From assembly GCF_009914755.1 (NCBI RefSeq), contig NC_060940.1: a DNA stretch of 64,000 nt; one strand, written 5' to 3'. This DNA is from the human T2T-CHM13v2.0 reference genome, Homo sapiens. Below, in pieces: positions 42,607 to 57,800 of the stretch. Numbering within the stretch: position 1 is the stretch's first letter; each line of letters starts with the position of its first letter. Made by a program: the position numbers and the translations under genes. The notes under the pieces were generated by a model. The model was not told the DNA's origin and did not search any database. It saw nothing but the letters and a program-made list of their open reading frames with translations.

Positions 42607-45600
42607 TCCATTCTGTGATGATTCCATGTGATTGCATTCAATGATGTTTCCTTTCGATTGCATTCGATTATGATTCATTTCGTGTTCATTCTATGGTTCT
42701 ACAGGTTTCCATTCGTGTCCATTCCATTATTCCATTCTATTCCATTTGATGATGATTCCATTCGATTCCATTCATTGGTGATTCCACTCAATTCCATTCA
42801 ATGATTCCATTCCATTTCTTTCAACAATGATTCCATTAGTTTCTAATCGATGATCCACTTGATTCCATTTGACGACGATTCCATTCTTGTCCATTCGATG
42901 ATTCCATTTGATTCCATATGATGATGATTCCATTCGATTCCATACCATGATGATTCCATTCGAGTCCATTCAATGGTGATTCCATTCAATTCCATTCGAT
43001 GATTCCTTTTGATTCCATTCGATGATGATGGCATTCGATTCCTTTCAATCATTCCCTTTGATTCCATTCAAAGGTGATTTCATTCAAGTCCATTCGATAA
43101 TTGAATTCGATTCCATTCTATGATGATTCCATTCGAGTCCATTTGATGATTCCATTCAATTCAAGTCAATGATGATTCCATTCGATTCCATTTGATGATT
43201 CCATGGGATTCCATTCGATGATGATTCCATTCAAATCCATTCGATAATTCAATTCAAGTCCATTCGATGATGATTCCAATCGAATCCATTCAAAGATTCC
43301 ATTCAGTTCCATTCGATGATTCCCTTAGATTCCATTCGATGATTCCACTTGATTGCATTTACGATGATTCCATTCGATTCCATGTGATGATTCCATTCAA
43401 TTCTATTCAATGATGTCTCCATTTGATTCCATTCGACCATGATTGCCTTTGATTCCATTCAATGATTCCATTCGGTTCCGTTTGATGATGATTCCGTTCG
43501 ATTCCATTTGATGATTCCATTGGATTCCATTGGATGAGTCCATTCGATTACATTCGATGATTATTCCATTCGAGTGCATTAGATGATTCCATTCGAGTCC
43601 ATTCGATGATTCCATTCGATTCCATTCGATGTTGATTCTGTTCAAATCCATTCGATGATTCCACTCGATTCCATTCGTTGACTCCATTTGATCCCATTCG
43701 ATGATTTCCTTTGATTCCCTTTGATGATCATTCCATTTGATTCAATTCGGTGATTTCATTTGATTCCATTCAGTGATGTTTCCATTCGACTCCATTCGAT
43801 GATGATTCCATTCGACTCCATTCGATTATGATTTCATTCAATTCCATTCGATAATGATTCCCTTCGAGTCCATTCGATGATTCCATTCGATTCCATTCAA
43901 CGATGATTTGATTCGTGTCCATTCGATGATTCCATTTGATTCCACTTGATGATGATTCCATTCGAGTCCATTTGATGATTCCATTCAATTCCATACTCCG
44001 ATGATTTCTTTTGAGCCCACTCAATGCTTCCACTCGATTCCATATGATGATGACTCCATTCGATGAAATTCGATGATGATTCCATTCGCTTGCTTTCGAT
44101 GATGATTCCACTTGAGTCCGTTAGAAGATTCTATTCAATTACATTCCATGACGATTCCGTTCGAGTATATTTGATGATTCCATTAGACTCCATTCGACGA
44201 TGATTCCATTCGATGTTATTCGATGATTCCATTCGATCTCATTCGATGATGATTCCATTCAACTCCATTCGATGTTTCCATTCGAGTTCATTCTATTATT
44301 CCATTAGATTCCATTCGATGATGATTCCATTCGATTCCATTTGATGATTGCATTCTATTTCATTTGATGATGATTCCATTCGAGTCCACTCGATGATTCC
44401 ATTCGAGTCCATTTAATGAATACATTGGTTTCAATTCTATGATGATTACATTGGATTCCATTCGTTGATGAATTCATTCGGCTCCATTCAATGATGATTC
44501 CATTCAATTCCTTTCAATGTTTCCATTCAATTCCATACGATGATGATTCCATTTGATTTGATTCGACAGTGAGCCATTCGATTCAATTCCATGATGATTC
44601 TATTTGATTCAATTGGTTGACATTTCCATTCGATTCCATTCGATGATGATTCCCTTTGATTCCGTTCAAAGATGATTCCATTCTAGCCCATTCAATCATT
44701 CCATTCGATTCTATTCAATGATGATTCCATTCATGTCGATTTGGTGATTCCATTTGACTTCATTTGATGATGATTCCTTTCAAGTTCATTAGATGATTCC
44801 ATTCGATTCCATTTGATGATGATCCCATTCGAGTCCATTCAGTGATTCCATTCGTTTCCATTCCATGATGATTCCATTCCTTTCCATTCAATGATTCCAT
44901 TCGATTCCGTTTGATGATGATTTCATTCGAGTCCATTTGATGATTCCATTTGATTCCATTCGATGATGATTCCATTCGAGTCCATTCGATGATTCTATTC
45001 GAATCCATTTGATGATTTCTTTTGATTATATTTGGTGATGATTCCATTGGAGTCCATTCAATGATTCCATTCTATTCCAATCGATGATGATTCCATTAGA
45101 GTCCATTTAATGATTCCATTTGATTCCAGTCTCTGATGATTACATTCGAGTCCATACGATGATTCCACTCAATTCCATATGATGATGATTCCATTTGATT
45201 CCATTCGGTGATTCCATTCTATTCTATTCAATGGTGATTCCATTCGAGTACATTAGATGATTCCATTCGATTCCATTCAATGATGATTCTATTTGTGTCC
45301 CTTAGATGATTCCACATGATTCCATTAGATGATGATACTATTTGAGCCCATCCAATGATTCCCTTCGATTCCATTCGATGAGGATTCCATTCGATTCAAT
45401 TCATTGGTGATTCTATTCAATTCAATTCTTTGATTCCATTCCATTCCATTCGACAATGATTCCATTCGATTTCTTTCGATGATTCCACTCGATTCCACTT
45501 GACATTGATTCCATTCGATTCCATTCAATGATTCCATTTGATTCCAGTGGATGATGATTGCCATCGATTCCATTCGATCACTCCATTCTATTCCATTTGA

Positions 45601-48600
45601 TGATGATTACATTCGATTCCATTTGATGATTCCATCTGATTCTATTCGAGGATTCCATTTGATTCCATTCGCTGATGATTCCATTCGAGTCCATTCGATG
45701 ATTTCATTCAAGTACATCCAATGATTCCATTCGAGTCCATTAGATGATTCCATTTGATTCCATTTGAAAATGATTCTACTAGAGTCCATTCAATGACTCC
45801 ATTCGATTCCATTCAACAATTCCATTCGACTCCATTCGATGATTCCATTCGATTCCATTTGATGGTTCCATTCGAGTCCATTTAATCATTACAGTCGAGT
45901 CCATTTGGTGATTCCACTGGATTTCTTTTGATAATGATACCATTCCATTACATTTGATGATGATCCCATTCAATTTCATTTGATGATGATTCCATTAGAG
46001 TCCATTCGATGATTTCATTCGAGTCCCTTCATTGATTCCATCCGATTTCATTGGATGATGACTCCATTCGAGTCCATTCGATGATTCCACTCGATTCCAT
46101 TAGATGACTCCATTGGAGTCCATTTGATTGTTCCATTCGATTCCATTCGATTCCTTTCGAAGATTATTCCATTTGAGTCCATTCGATGATGATTCCATTC
46201 CATTCCATTCGATGATTCCGTTTGATTCCATTCGATGATTCCCTTCGATTCCTTTCTTTGATGATTCCATTCCATTCCATTCAATGATTCCATTCGAATC
46301 TATTCCATGATGATTCCTTTCGATTCCATTCGCTGATGTTTCCGTTCAATTCCATTCGATGATGATTCCATTCGATTCCATTCATTGAGGATTCCATTTG
46401 ATTCCATTCAATGATGATTCCATTGTATTCCATTCAATGATTGCATTCAATTCCATTCAATGATTATCCCATTAAAGTAAACTCAACGATTCCATTCAAT
46501 ACCATTCGATGATGATTCCTTTTGAGTCCATTCAATGATTTCATTCAAGTCCATTTGATGATTCCTTTCAATTCCATTCTATGATGATTCCATTCGAGTC
46601 CATTCGATGATTCCATTCGATTGCATTCGATGATTCCATTATATTCAATTCAACGGTGATTCCATTCGAGTCCATTCCATGATTCCATTAGAGTACATTT
46701 AATGATTGCTTTGTTTTCAATTCGAATATGATTACATTGGATTCCATTCTATGATTGCATTCGATTTCATTCAATGATGATTCCACTCAAATCCATTGGA
46801 TGATTCCATTCGTGTCCATTCGGTGATTTCATTAGATTCCATTCGAGGATGATTCCATTCGATTCCATTCGATGATTCCATTCAATTCCATTCGATGATG
46901 ATTCCATTCCAGTCCATATGATCATTCCATTTGATTTCATTCGATGATGATTCCATTCGATTCGATTCGACGATTCCATTCTATTCCATTCGATGATGAT
47001 TCCATTCGAGTCCATTCGATCATTCCATTCGAGTCCATTTAATGATTCCATTGGGTTCAATTCAATGATGATTACATTGGATTCCGTTCTATGATTCCAT
47101 TCAATTCCGTTCATTGACAATTTGATTCCATTCGATGATGATTCCATTTGAGTTCATTCGATGATTCTATTCGATTCTCTTCGATGGTGATTCAATTCTA
47201 TTATATTGGATGATTCCATTCGATTCCATTTGATGTTGATTCAATTCGATTCTATTCGATGATGATTCCATTGGATTTCACTTGATGATTCTATTCGATT
47301 CCATTCAATGATGATTCACTTCTCGTCCATTGGATGATTCCATTTCATTCCATTCGATGATGATTCCATTCGATTCCATTCGATGATTCCTTTTGATTCC
47401 ATGCGACGGTGAGCAATTCGATTCAATTCCATGATGATTCTATTTGATTCAATTAGATGATGTTTCCATTCGAATCCATTCCATGATTATTCCATTGGAA
47501 TCCATTCGGCGATGATTCCATATGAGTCAATTCAATGATGATTCCATATGGGTCCGTTCGATGATAATTCCATTTGATTTCATTCGATGCTTCTATTCAA
47601 TTCCAGTCGATGATGATTCCGTTGGAGTCCATACGATGATTCCATTTGATTTCATTTGATGATGATTCCATTCGATGATAATTACCTTGGATTCCATTCT
47701 ATGATTCCATTCAATTCCATTCGTTGATGATTCGATTCCATTCAATGATGATTCCATTTGAGTTCATTCGATGATTCTATTCGATTCCGTTCGATGGTGA
47801 TTCAATTCTATTATATTGGATGATTCCACTCGATTCCATTTGATGATTATTCCATTGGAGTCCACTTAGTGAATCCTTTAGATTCTACTCGACGATGATT
47901 CCATTCGAGTCCATTCGATGATACCATTCAATTCCATTCGTTGATGCTTCCATTCAAGTGCATTCGATGATATCATTCGATTCCATTTGATGATAATTCC
48001 ATTTGATTCCATGCGATGATTCTATTCGATTCCATTCAATGATAATTCCATTCAATTCAGTGATTCCTCTGGACTCCATTTGATGATGATTCCATTCAAT
48101 GATTCCATTCGATTCTATTCGAAAATGATTCCATTTGAATCCATTTGATGATGATTCCATTAGATTCCATTTGATGATTCCATTCGATTCCATTCGACGA
48201 TGATTCCATTCGATTCCGTTTGATGATTCCATTCTATTCTATTCGATGATGATTCCATTCGATTCCATTCGATGATGATTGGATTCGATTCCATTGGATG
48301 ATTTCATTTGATTCCATTCGTTAATGATTTCGATCAATTCCATTCGATGATTCCATTCGATTCCATTCGATAATGATTACATCCGAGTCCATTCGATGAT
48401 TCCCTTTGAGCCTGTTCGATAATTCCATTTGAGTCCAACCAATGATTCCATTCATTTCCATTCAATGATTCCATTCGAGTCCATTTGATCATTCCGGTAG
48501 GGTCCATTCGATGTTGATTCCATTGGAGTGCATTCGATGATTCCATTCGAGTCCATTTTAGGATTTGATTCGAGTCCTTTCGATGATTCCATTCGATTCC

Positions 48601-48718
48601 ACTCGATGATGATTTCATTCGAGTCCATTCGACACTTCCAATCGATTCCATTTGATGATTCCATTCGAGTCCAATTGATGATTCCATTCAATTCCATTCG
48701 ATGATGATTCCGTACAAT
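42607..48718 (+). repeat. HSat2 monomer 8 (6112 bp)
   Basis: Landmark recurs at 48719. No net indel relative to monomer 1. Confidence 0.93.
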
Positions 48719-51700
48719 TCCATTCTGTGATGATTCCATGTGATTGCATTCAATGATGATTCCTTTCGATTGCATTCGATTATGATTCATTTCGTGTTCA
48801 TTCTATGGTTCTACAGGTTTCCATTCGTGTCCATTCCATTATTCCATTCTATTCCATTTGATGATGATTCCATTCGATTCCATTCATTGGTGATTCCACT
48901 CAATTCCATTCAATGATTCCATTCCATTTCTTTCAACAATGATTCCATTAGTTTCTAATCGATGATCCACTTGATTCCATTTGACGACGATTCCATTCTT
49001 GTCCATTCGATGATTCCATTTGATTCCATATGATGATGATTCCATTCGATTCCATACCATGATGATTCCATTCGAGTCCATTCAATGGTGATTCCATTCA
49101 ATTCCATTCGATGATTCCTTTTGATTCCATTCGATGATGATGGCATTCGATTCCTTTCAATCATTCCCTTTGATTCCATTCAAAGGTGATTTCATTCAAG
49201 TCCATTCGATAATTGCATTCGATTCCATTCTATGATGATTCCATTCGAGTCCATTTGATGATTCCATTCAATTCAAGTCAATGATGATTCCATTCGATTC
49301 CATTCGATGATTCCATGGGATTCCATTCGATGATGATTCCATTCAAATCCATTCGATAATTCAATTCAAGTCCATTCGATGATGATTCCAATCGAATCCA
49401 TTCAAAGATTCCATTCAGTTCCATTCGATGATTCCCTTAGATTCCATTCGATGATTCCACTTGATTGCATTTACGATGATTCCATTCGATTCCATGTGAT
49501 GATTCCATTCAATTCTATTCAATGATGTCTCCATTTGATTCCATTCGACCATGATTGCCTTTGATTCCATTCAATGATTCCATTCGGTTCCGTTTGATGA
49601 TGATTCCGTTCGATTCCATTTGATGATTCCATTGGATTCCATTGGATGAGTCCATTCGATTACATTCGATGATTATTCCATTCGAGTGCATTAGATGATT
49701 CCATTCGAGTCCATTCGATGATTCCATTCGATTCCATTCGATGTTGATTCTGTTCAAATCCATTCGATGATTCCACTCGATTCCATTCGTTGACTCCATT
49801 TGATCCCATTCGATGATTTCCTTTGATTCCCTTTGATGATCATTCCATTTGATTCAATTCGGTGATTTCATTTGATTCCATTCAGTGATGTTTCCATTCG
49901 ACTCCATTCGATGATGATTCCATTCGACTCCATTCGATTATGATTTCATTCAATTCCATTCGATAATGATTCCCTTCGAGTCCATTCGATGATTCCATTC
50001 GATTCCATTCAACGATGATTTGATTCGTGTCCATTCGATGATTCCATTTGATTCCACTTGATGATGATTCCATTCGAGTCCATTTGATGATTCCATTCAA
50101 TTCCATACTCCGATGATTTCTTTTGAGCCCACTCAATGCTTCCACTCGATTCCATATGATGATGACTCCATTCGATGAAATTCGATGATGATTCCATTCG
50201 CTTGCTTTCGATGATGATTCCACTTGAGTCCGTTAGAAGATTCTATTCAATTACATTCCATGACGATTCCGTTCGAGTCCATTTGATGATTCCATTAGAC
50301 TCCATTCGACGATGATTCCATTCGATGTTATTCCATGATTCCATTCGATCTCATTCGATGATGATTCCATTCAACTCCATTCGATGTTTCCATTCGAGTT
50401 CATTCTATTATTCCATTAGATTCCATTCGATGATGATTCCATTCGATTCCATTTGATGATTGCATTCTATTTCATTTGATGATGATTCCATTCGAGTCCA
50501 CTCGATGATTCCATTCGAGTCCATTTAATGAATCCATTGGTTTCAATTCTATGATGATTACATTGGATTCCATTCGTTGATGAATTCATTCGGCTCCATT
50601 CAATGATGATTCCATTCAATTCCTTTCAATGTTTCCATTCAATTCCATACGATGATGATTCCATTTGATTTGATTCGACAGTGAGCCATTCGATTCAATT
50701 CCATGATGATTCTATTTGATTCAATTGGTTGACATTTCCATTCGATTCCATTCGATGATGATTCCCTTTGATTCCGTTCAAAGATGATTCCATTCTAGCC
50801 CATTCAATCATTCCATTCGATTCTATTCAATGATGATTCCATTCATGTCGATTTGGTGATTCCATTTGACTTCATTTGATGATGATTCCTTTCAAGTTCA
50901 TTAGATGATTCCATTCGATTCCATTTGATGATGATCCCATTCGAGTCCATTCAGTGATTCCATTCGTTTCCATTCCATCATGATTCCATTCCTTTCCATT
51001 CAATGATTCCATTCGATTCCGTTTGATGATGATTTCATTCGAGTCCATTTGATGATTCCATTTGATTCCATTCGATGATGATTCCATTCGAGTCCATTCG
51101 ATGATTCTATTCGAATCCATTTGATGATTTCTTTTGATTATATTTGGTGATGATTCCATTGGAGTCCATTCAATGATTCCATTCTATTCCAATCGATGAT
51201 GATTCCATTAGAGTCCATTTAATGATTCCATTTGATTCCAGTCTCTGATGATTACATTCGAGTCCATACGATGATTCCACTCAATTCCATATGATGATGA
51301 TTCCATTCGATTCCATTCGATGATTCCATTCTATTCTATTCAATGGTGATTCCATTCGAGTACATTAGATGATTCCATTCGATTCCATTCAATGATGATT
51401 CTATTTGTGTCCCTTAGATGATTCCACATGATTCCATTAGATGATGATACTATTTGAGCCCATCCAATGATTCCCTTCGATTCCATTCGATGAGGATTCC
51501 ATTCGATTCAATTCATTGGTGATTCTATTCAATTCAATTCTTTGATTCCATTCCATTCCATTCGACAATGATTCCATTCGATTTCTTTCGATGATTCCAC
51601 TCGATTCCACTTGACATTAATTCCATTCGATTCCATTCAATGATTCCATTTGATTCCAGTGGATGATGATTGCCATCGATTCCATTCGATCACTCCATTC

Positions 51701-54700
51701 TATTCCATTTGATGATGATTACATTCGATTCCATTTGATGATTCCATCTGATTCTATTCGAGGATTCCATTTGATTCCATTCGATGATGATTCCATTCGA
51801 GTCCATTCGATGATTTCATTCGAGTACATCCAATGATTCCATTCGTGTCCATTTGATGATTCCATTTGTTTCCATTTGATTATGATTCTACTAGAGTCCA
51901 TTCAATGACTCCATTCGAGTGCATTCAACAATTCCATTCGACTCCATTCGATGATTGCATTCGATTCCATTTGATGATTCCATTCGAGTCCATTTAATCA
52001 TTACAGTCGAGTCCATTTGGTGATTCCACTGGATTTCTTTTGATAATGATACCATTCCATTACATTTGATGATGATCCCATTCAATTTCATTTGATGATG
52101 ATTCCCTTAGAGTCCATTCGATGATTTCATTCGAGTCCTTTCATTGATTCCATCCGATTTCATTTGATGATGACTCCATTCGAGTCCATTCGATGATTCC
52201 ACTCGATTTCATTAGATGATTCCATTGGAGTCCATTTCATTGTTCCATTCGATTCCATTCGATTCCTTTCGAAGATTATTCCATTTGAGTCCATTCGATG
52301 ATGATTACATTCCATTCCATTCGATGATTCCATTTGATTCCATTTGATGATTCCCTTCGATTCCTTTCTTTGATGACTGCATTCCATTCCATTCAATGTT
52401 TCCATTCGAATCTATTCCATGATGATTCCTTTCGATTCCATTCGCTGATGTTTCCGTTCAATTCCATTCGATGATGATTCCATTCGATTCCATTCATTGA
52501 GGATTCCATTTGATTCCATTCAATGATGATTCCGTTCTATTCCATTCAATGATTGCATTCAATTCCATTCAATGATTATCCCATTAGAGTAAACTCAACG
52601 ATTCCATTCAATACCATTCGATGATGATTCCTTTTGAGTTCATTCAATGATTTCATTCAAGTCCATTTGATGATTCCTTTCAATTCCATTCTATGATGAT
52701 TCCATTCGAGTCCATTCGATGATTCCATTCGATTGCATTCCATGATTCCATTATATTCCATTCAACGGTGATTCCATTCGAGTCCATTCGATGATTCCAT
52801 TAGAGTACATTTAATGATTGCTTTGTTTTCAATTCGAAGATGATTACATTCGATTCCATTCTATGATACCATTCGATTCCATTCAATGATGATTCCACTC
52901 AAATCCATTGGATGATTCCATTCGTGTCCATTCGGTGATTTCATTAGATTCCATTCGAGGATGATTCCTTTCGATTCCATTCGATGATTCCATTCAATTC
53001 CATTCGATGATGATTCCATTCGAGTCCATATGATCATTCCATTTGATTTCATTCGATGATGATTCCATTCGATTCCATTCGATGATTCCATTCTATTCCT
53101 TTCGATGATGATTCCATTCGAGTCCATTCGATGATTCCATTCGAGTCCATTTAATGATTCCATTGGGTTCAATTCGATGATGATTACATTGGATTCCGTT
53201 CTATGATTCCATTCAATTCCGTTCATTGACAATTTGATTCCATTCGATGATGATTCCATTTGAGTTCATTCGATGATTCTATTCGATTCTCTTCGATGGT
53301 GATTCAATTATATTATATTGGATGATGCCATTCGATTCCATTTGATGTTGATTCAATTCGATTCTATTCGATGATGATTCCATTGGATTTCACTTGATGA
53401 TTCTATTCGATTCCATTCAATGATGATTCACTTCTCGTCCATTGGATGGTTCCATTTCATTCCATTCGATGATGATTCCATTCGATTCCATTCGATGATT
53501 CCATTTGATTCCATTCGACGGTGACCAATTCGATTCAATTCCATGATGATTCTATTTGATTCAATTAGATGATGTTTCCATTCGAATCCATTCCATGATT
53601 ATTCCATTGGAATCCATTCGGCGATGATTCCATATGAGTCAATTCAATGATGATTCCATATGGGTCCGTTCGATGATAATTCCATTTGATTTCATTCGAT
53701 GCTTCTATTCAATTCCAGTTGATGATGATTCCGTTGGAGTCCATACGATGATTCCATTTGATTTCATTTGATGATGATTCCATTCGATTCCATTCGATGA
53801 TGATTACATTGGATTCCATTCTATGATTCCATTCAATTCCATTCGTTGATGATTCGATTCCATTCAATGATGATTCCATTTGAGTTCATTCGATGATTCT
53901 ATTCGATTCCGTTCGATGGTGATTCAATTCTCTTATATTGGATGATTCCACTCGATTCCATTTGATGATTATTCCATTGGAGTCCACTTAGTGAATCCTT
54001 TAGATTCTACTCGAAGATGATTCCATTCGAGTCCATTCGATGGTACCATTCAATTCCATTCGTTGATGCTTCCATTCAAGTGCATTCGATGATATCATTC
54101 GATTCCATTTGATGATAATTCCATTTGATTCCATGCGATGATTCTATTCGATTCCATTCAATGATAATTCCATTCAATTCAGTGATTCCTCTGGACTCCA
54201 TTTGATGATGATTCCATTCAATGATTCCATTCGATTCTATTCGAAAATGATTCCATTTGAATCCATTTGATGATGATTCCATTAGATTCCATTTGATGAT
54301 TCTATTCGATTCCATTCGACGATGATTCCATTCGATTCCATTTGATGATTCCATTCTATTCTATTCGATGATGATTCCATTCGATTCCATTCGATGATGA
54401 TTGGATTCGATTCCATTTGATGATTTCATTTGATTCCATTCGATAATGATTTTGATCAATTCCATTCGATGATTCCATTCGATTCCATTCGATAATGATT
54501 ACATCCGAGTCCATTCGATGATTCCATTTGAGCCCGTTCGATAATTCCATTTGAGTCCAATCAATGATTGCATTCATTTCCATTCAATGATTCCATTCGA
54601 GTCCATTTGATCATTCCGGTAGGGTCCGTTCGATGTTGATTCCATTGGAGTGCATTCGATGATTCCATTCGAGTCCAATTTATGATTTGGTTCGAGTCCT

Positions 54701-54840
54701 TTCGATGATTCCATTCGATTCCACTCGATGATGATTTCATTCGAGTCCATTCGACACTTCCAATCGATTCCATTTGATGTTTCCTTTCGAGTCCAATTGA
54801 TGATTCCATTCAATTCCATTCGATGATGATTCCGTACGAT
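48719..54840 (+). repeat. HSat2 monomer 9 (6122 bp, divergent variant)
   Basis: Landmark recurs at 54841 as TCCACTCTGTG. Extra GATTCCATTC decamer at ~53776-53795. Confidence 0.93.
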
Positions 54841-57800
54841 TCCACTCTGTGATGATTCCAAGTGATTGCATTCAATGATGATTCCTTTCGATTGCATTCG
54901 ATTATGATTCATTTCGTGTTCATTCTATGGTTCCACAGGTTTCCATTCGTGTCCATTCCATTATTCCATTCTATTCCATTTGATGATGATTCTATTCGAT
55001 TCCATTCATTGGTGATTCCACTCAATTCCATTCAATGATTCCATTCCATTTCTTTCAACAATGATTCCATTAGTTTCTAATCGATGATCCACTTGATTCC
55101 ATTTGACGACGATTCCATTCTTGTCCATTCGATGATTCCATTTGATTCCATATGATGATGATTCCATTCGATTCCATACCATGATGATTCCATTCGAGTC
55201 CATTCAATGGTGATTCCATTCAATTCCATTCGATGATTCCTTTCGATTCCATTCAATGATGATGGCATTCGATTCCTTTCAATCATTCCCTTTGATTCCA
55301 TTCAAAGGTGATTTCATTCAAGTCCATTCGATAATTGCATTCGATTCCATTCTATGATGATTCCATTCGAGTCCATTTGATGATTCCATTCAATTCAAGT
55401 CAATGATGATTCCATTCAATTCCATTCGATGATTCCATTGGATTCCATTCGATGATGATTCCATTCAAATCCATTCGATAATTCAATTCAAGTCCATTCG
55501 ATGATGATTCCAATCGAATCCATTCAAAGATTCCATTCTGTTCCATTCGATGATTCCCTTAGATTCCATTCGATGATTCCACTTGATTGCATTTACGATG
55601 ATTCCATTCGATTCCATGTGATGATTCCATTCAATTCTATTCAATGATGTCTCCATTTGATTCCATTCGACCATGATTGCCTTTGATTCCATTCAATGAT
55701 TCCATTCGGTTCCGTTTGATGATGATTCCGTTCGATTCCATTTGATGATTCCATTTGATTCCATTGGATGAGTCCATTCGATTACACTCGATGATTATTC
55801 CATTCGAGTGCATTAGATGATTCCATTCGAGTCCATTCGATGATTCCATTCGATTCCATTCGATGTTGATTCTGTTCAAATCCATTCGATGATTCCACTC
55901 GATTCCATTCGTTGACTCCATTTGATCCCATTCGATGATTTCCTTTGATTCCCTTTGATGATCATTCCATTTGATTCAATTCGGTGATTTCATTTGATTC
56001 CATTCAGTGATGTTTCCATTCGACTCCATTCGATGATGATTCCATTCGACTCCATTCGATTATGATTTCATTCAATTCCATTCGATAATGATTCCCTTCG
56101 AGTCCATTCGATGATTCCATTCGATTCCATTCAACGATGATTTGATTCGTGTCCATTCGATGATTCCATTTGATTCCACTTGACGATGATTCCATTCGAG
56201 TCCATTTGATGATTCCATTCAATTCCATACTCCGATGATTTCTTTTGAGCCCACTCAATGCTTCCACTCGATTCCATATGATGATGACTCCATTCGATGA
56301 AATTCGATGATGATTCCATTCGCTTGCTTTCGATGATGATTCCACTTGAGTCCGTTAGAAGATTCTATTCAATTACATTCCATGACGATTCCGTTCGAGT
56401 CCATTTGATGATTCCATTAGACTCCATTCGACGATGATTCCATTCGATGTTATTCCATGATTCCATTCGATCTCATTCGATGATGATTCCATTCAACTCC
56501 ATTCGATGTTTCCATTCGAGTTCATTCTATTATTCCATTAGATTCCATTCGATGATGATTCCATTCGATTCCATTTGATGATTGCATTCTATTTCATTTG
56601 ATGATGATTCCATTCGAGTCCACTCGATGATTCCATTCGAGTCCATTTAATGAATCCATTGGTTTCAATTCTATGATGATTACATTGGATTCCATTCGTT
56701 GATGAATTCATTCGGCTCCATTCAATGATGATTCCATTCAATTCCTTTCAATGTTTCCATTCAATTCCATACGATGATGATTCCATTTGATTTGATTCGA
56801 CAGTGAGCCATTCGATTCAATTCCATGATGATTCTATTTGATTCAATTGGTTGACATTTCCATTCGATTCCATTCGATGATGATTCCCTTTGATTCCGTT
56901 CAAAGATGATTCCATTCTAGCCCATTCAATCATTCCATTCGATTCTATTCAATGATGATTCCATTCATGTCGATTTGGTGATTCCATTTGACTTCATTTG
57001 ATGATGATTCCTTTCAAGTTCATTAGATGATTCCATTCGATTCCATTTGATGATGATCCCATTCGAGTCCATTCAGTGATTCCATTCGTTTCCATTCCAT
57101 GATGATTCCATTCCTTTCCATTCAATGATTCCATTCGATTCCGTTTGATGATGATTTCATTCGAGTCCATTTGATGATTCCATTTGATTCCATTCGATGA
57201 TGATTCCATTCGAGTCCATTCGATGATTCTATTCGAATCCATTTGATGATTTCTTTTGATTATAGTTGGTGATGATTCCATTGGAGTCCATTCAATGATT
57301 CCATTCGATTCCAATCGATGGTGATTCCATTAGAGTCCATTTAATGATTCCATTTGATTCCAGTCTCTGATGATTACATTCGAGTCCATACGATGATTCC
57401 ACTCAATTCCATATGATGATGATTCCATTCGATTCCATTCGATGATTCCATTCTATTCTATTCAATGGTGATTCCATTCGAGTACATTAGATGATTCCAT
57501 TCGATTCCATTCAATGATGATTCTATTTGTGTCCCTTAGATGATTCCACATGATTCCATTAGATGATGATACTATTTGAGCCCATCCAATGATTCCCTTC
57601 GATTCCATTCGATGAGGATTCCATTCGATTCAATTCATTGGTGATTCTATTCAATTCAATTCTTTGATTCCATTCCATTCCATTCGACAATGATTCCATT
57701 CGATTTCTTTCGATGATTCCACTCGATTCCACTTGACATTGATTCCATTCGATTCCATTCAATGATTCCATTTGATTCCAGTGGATGATGATTGCCATCG

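Larger units (their letters stand above)
22337..46726 (+). repeat. Tandem duplication of a two-monomer (12,171 bp) higher-order unit
   Basis: ORF pairs from 22407/34578 through 33877/46048 are offset by exactly 12171 with identical translations, including private variants. Confidence 0.9.
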
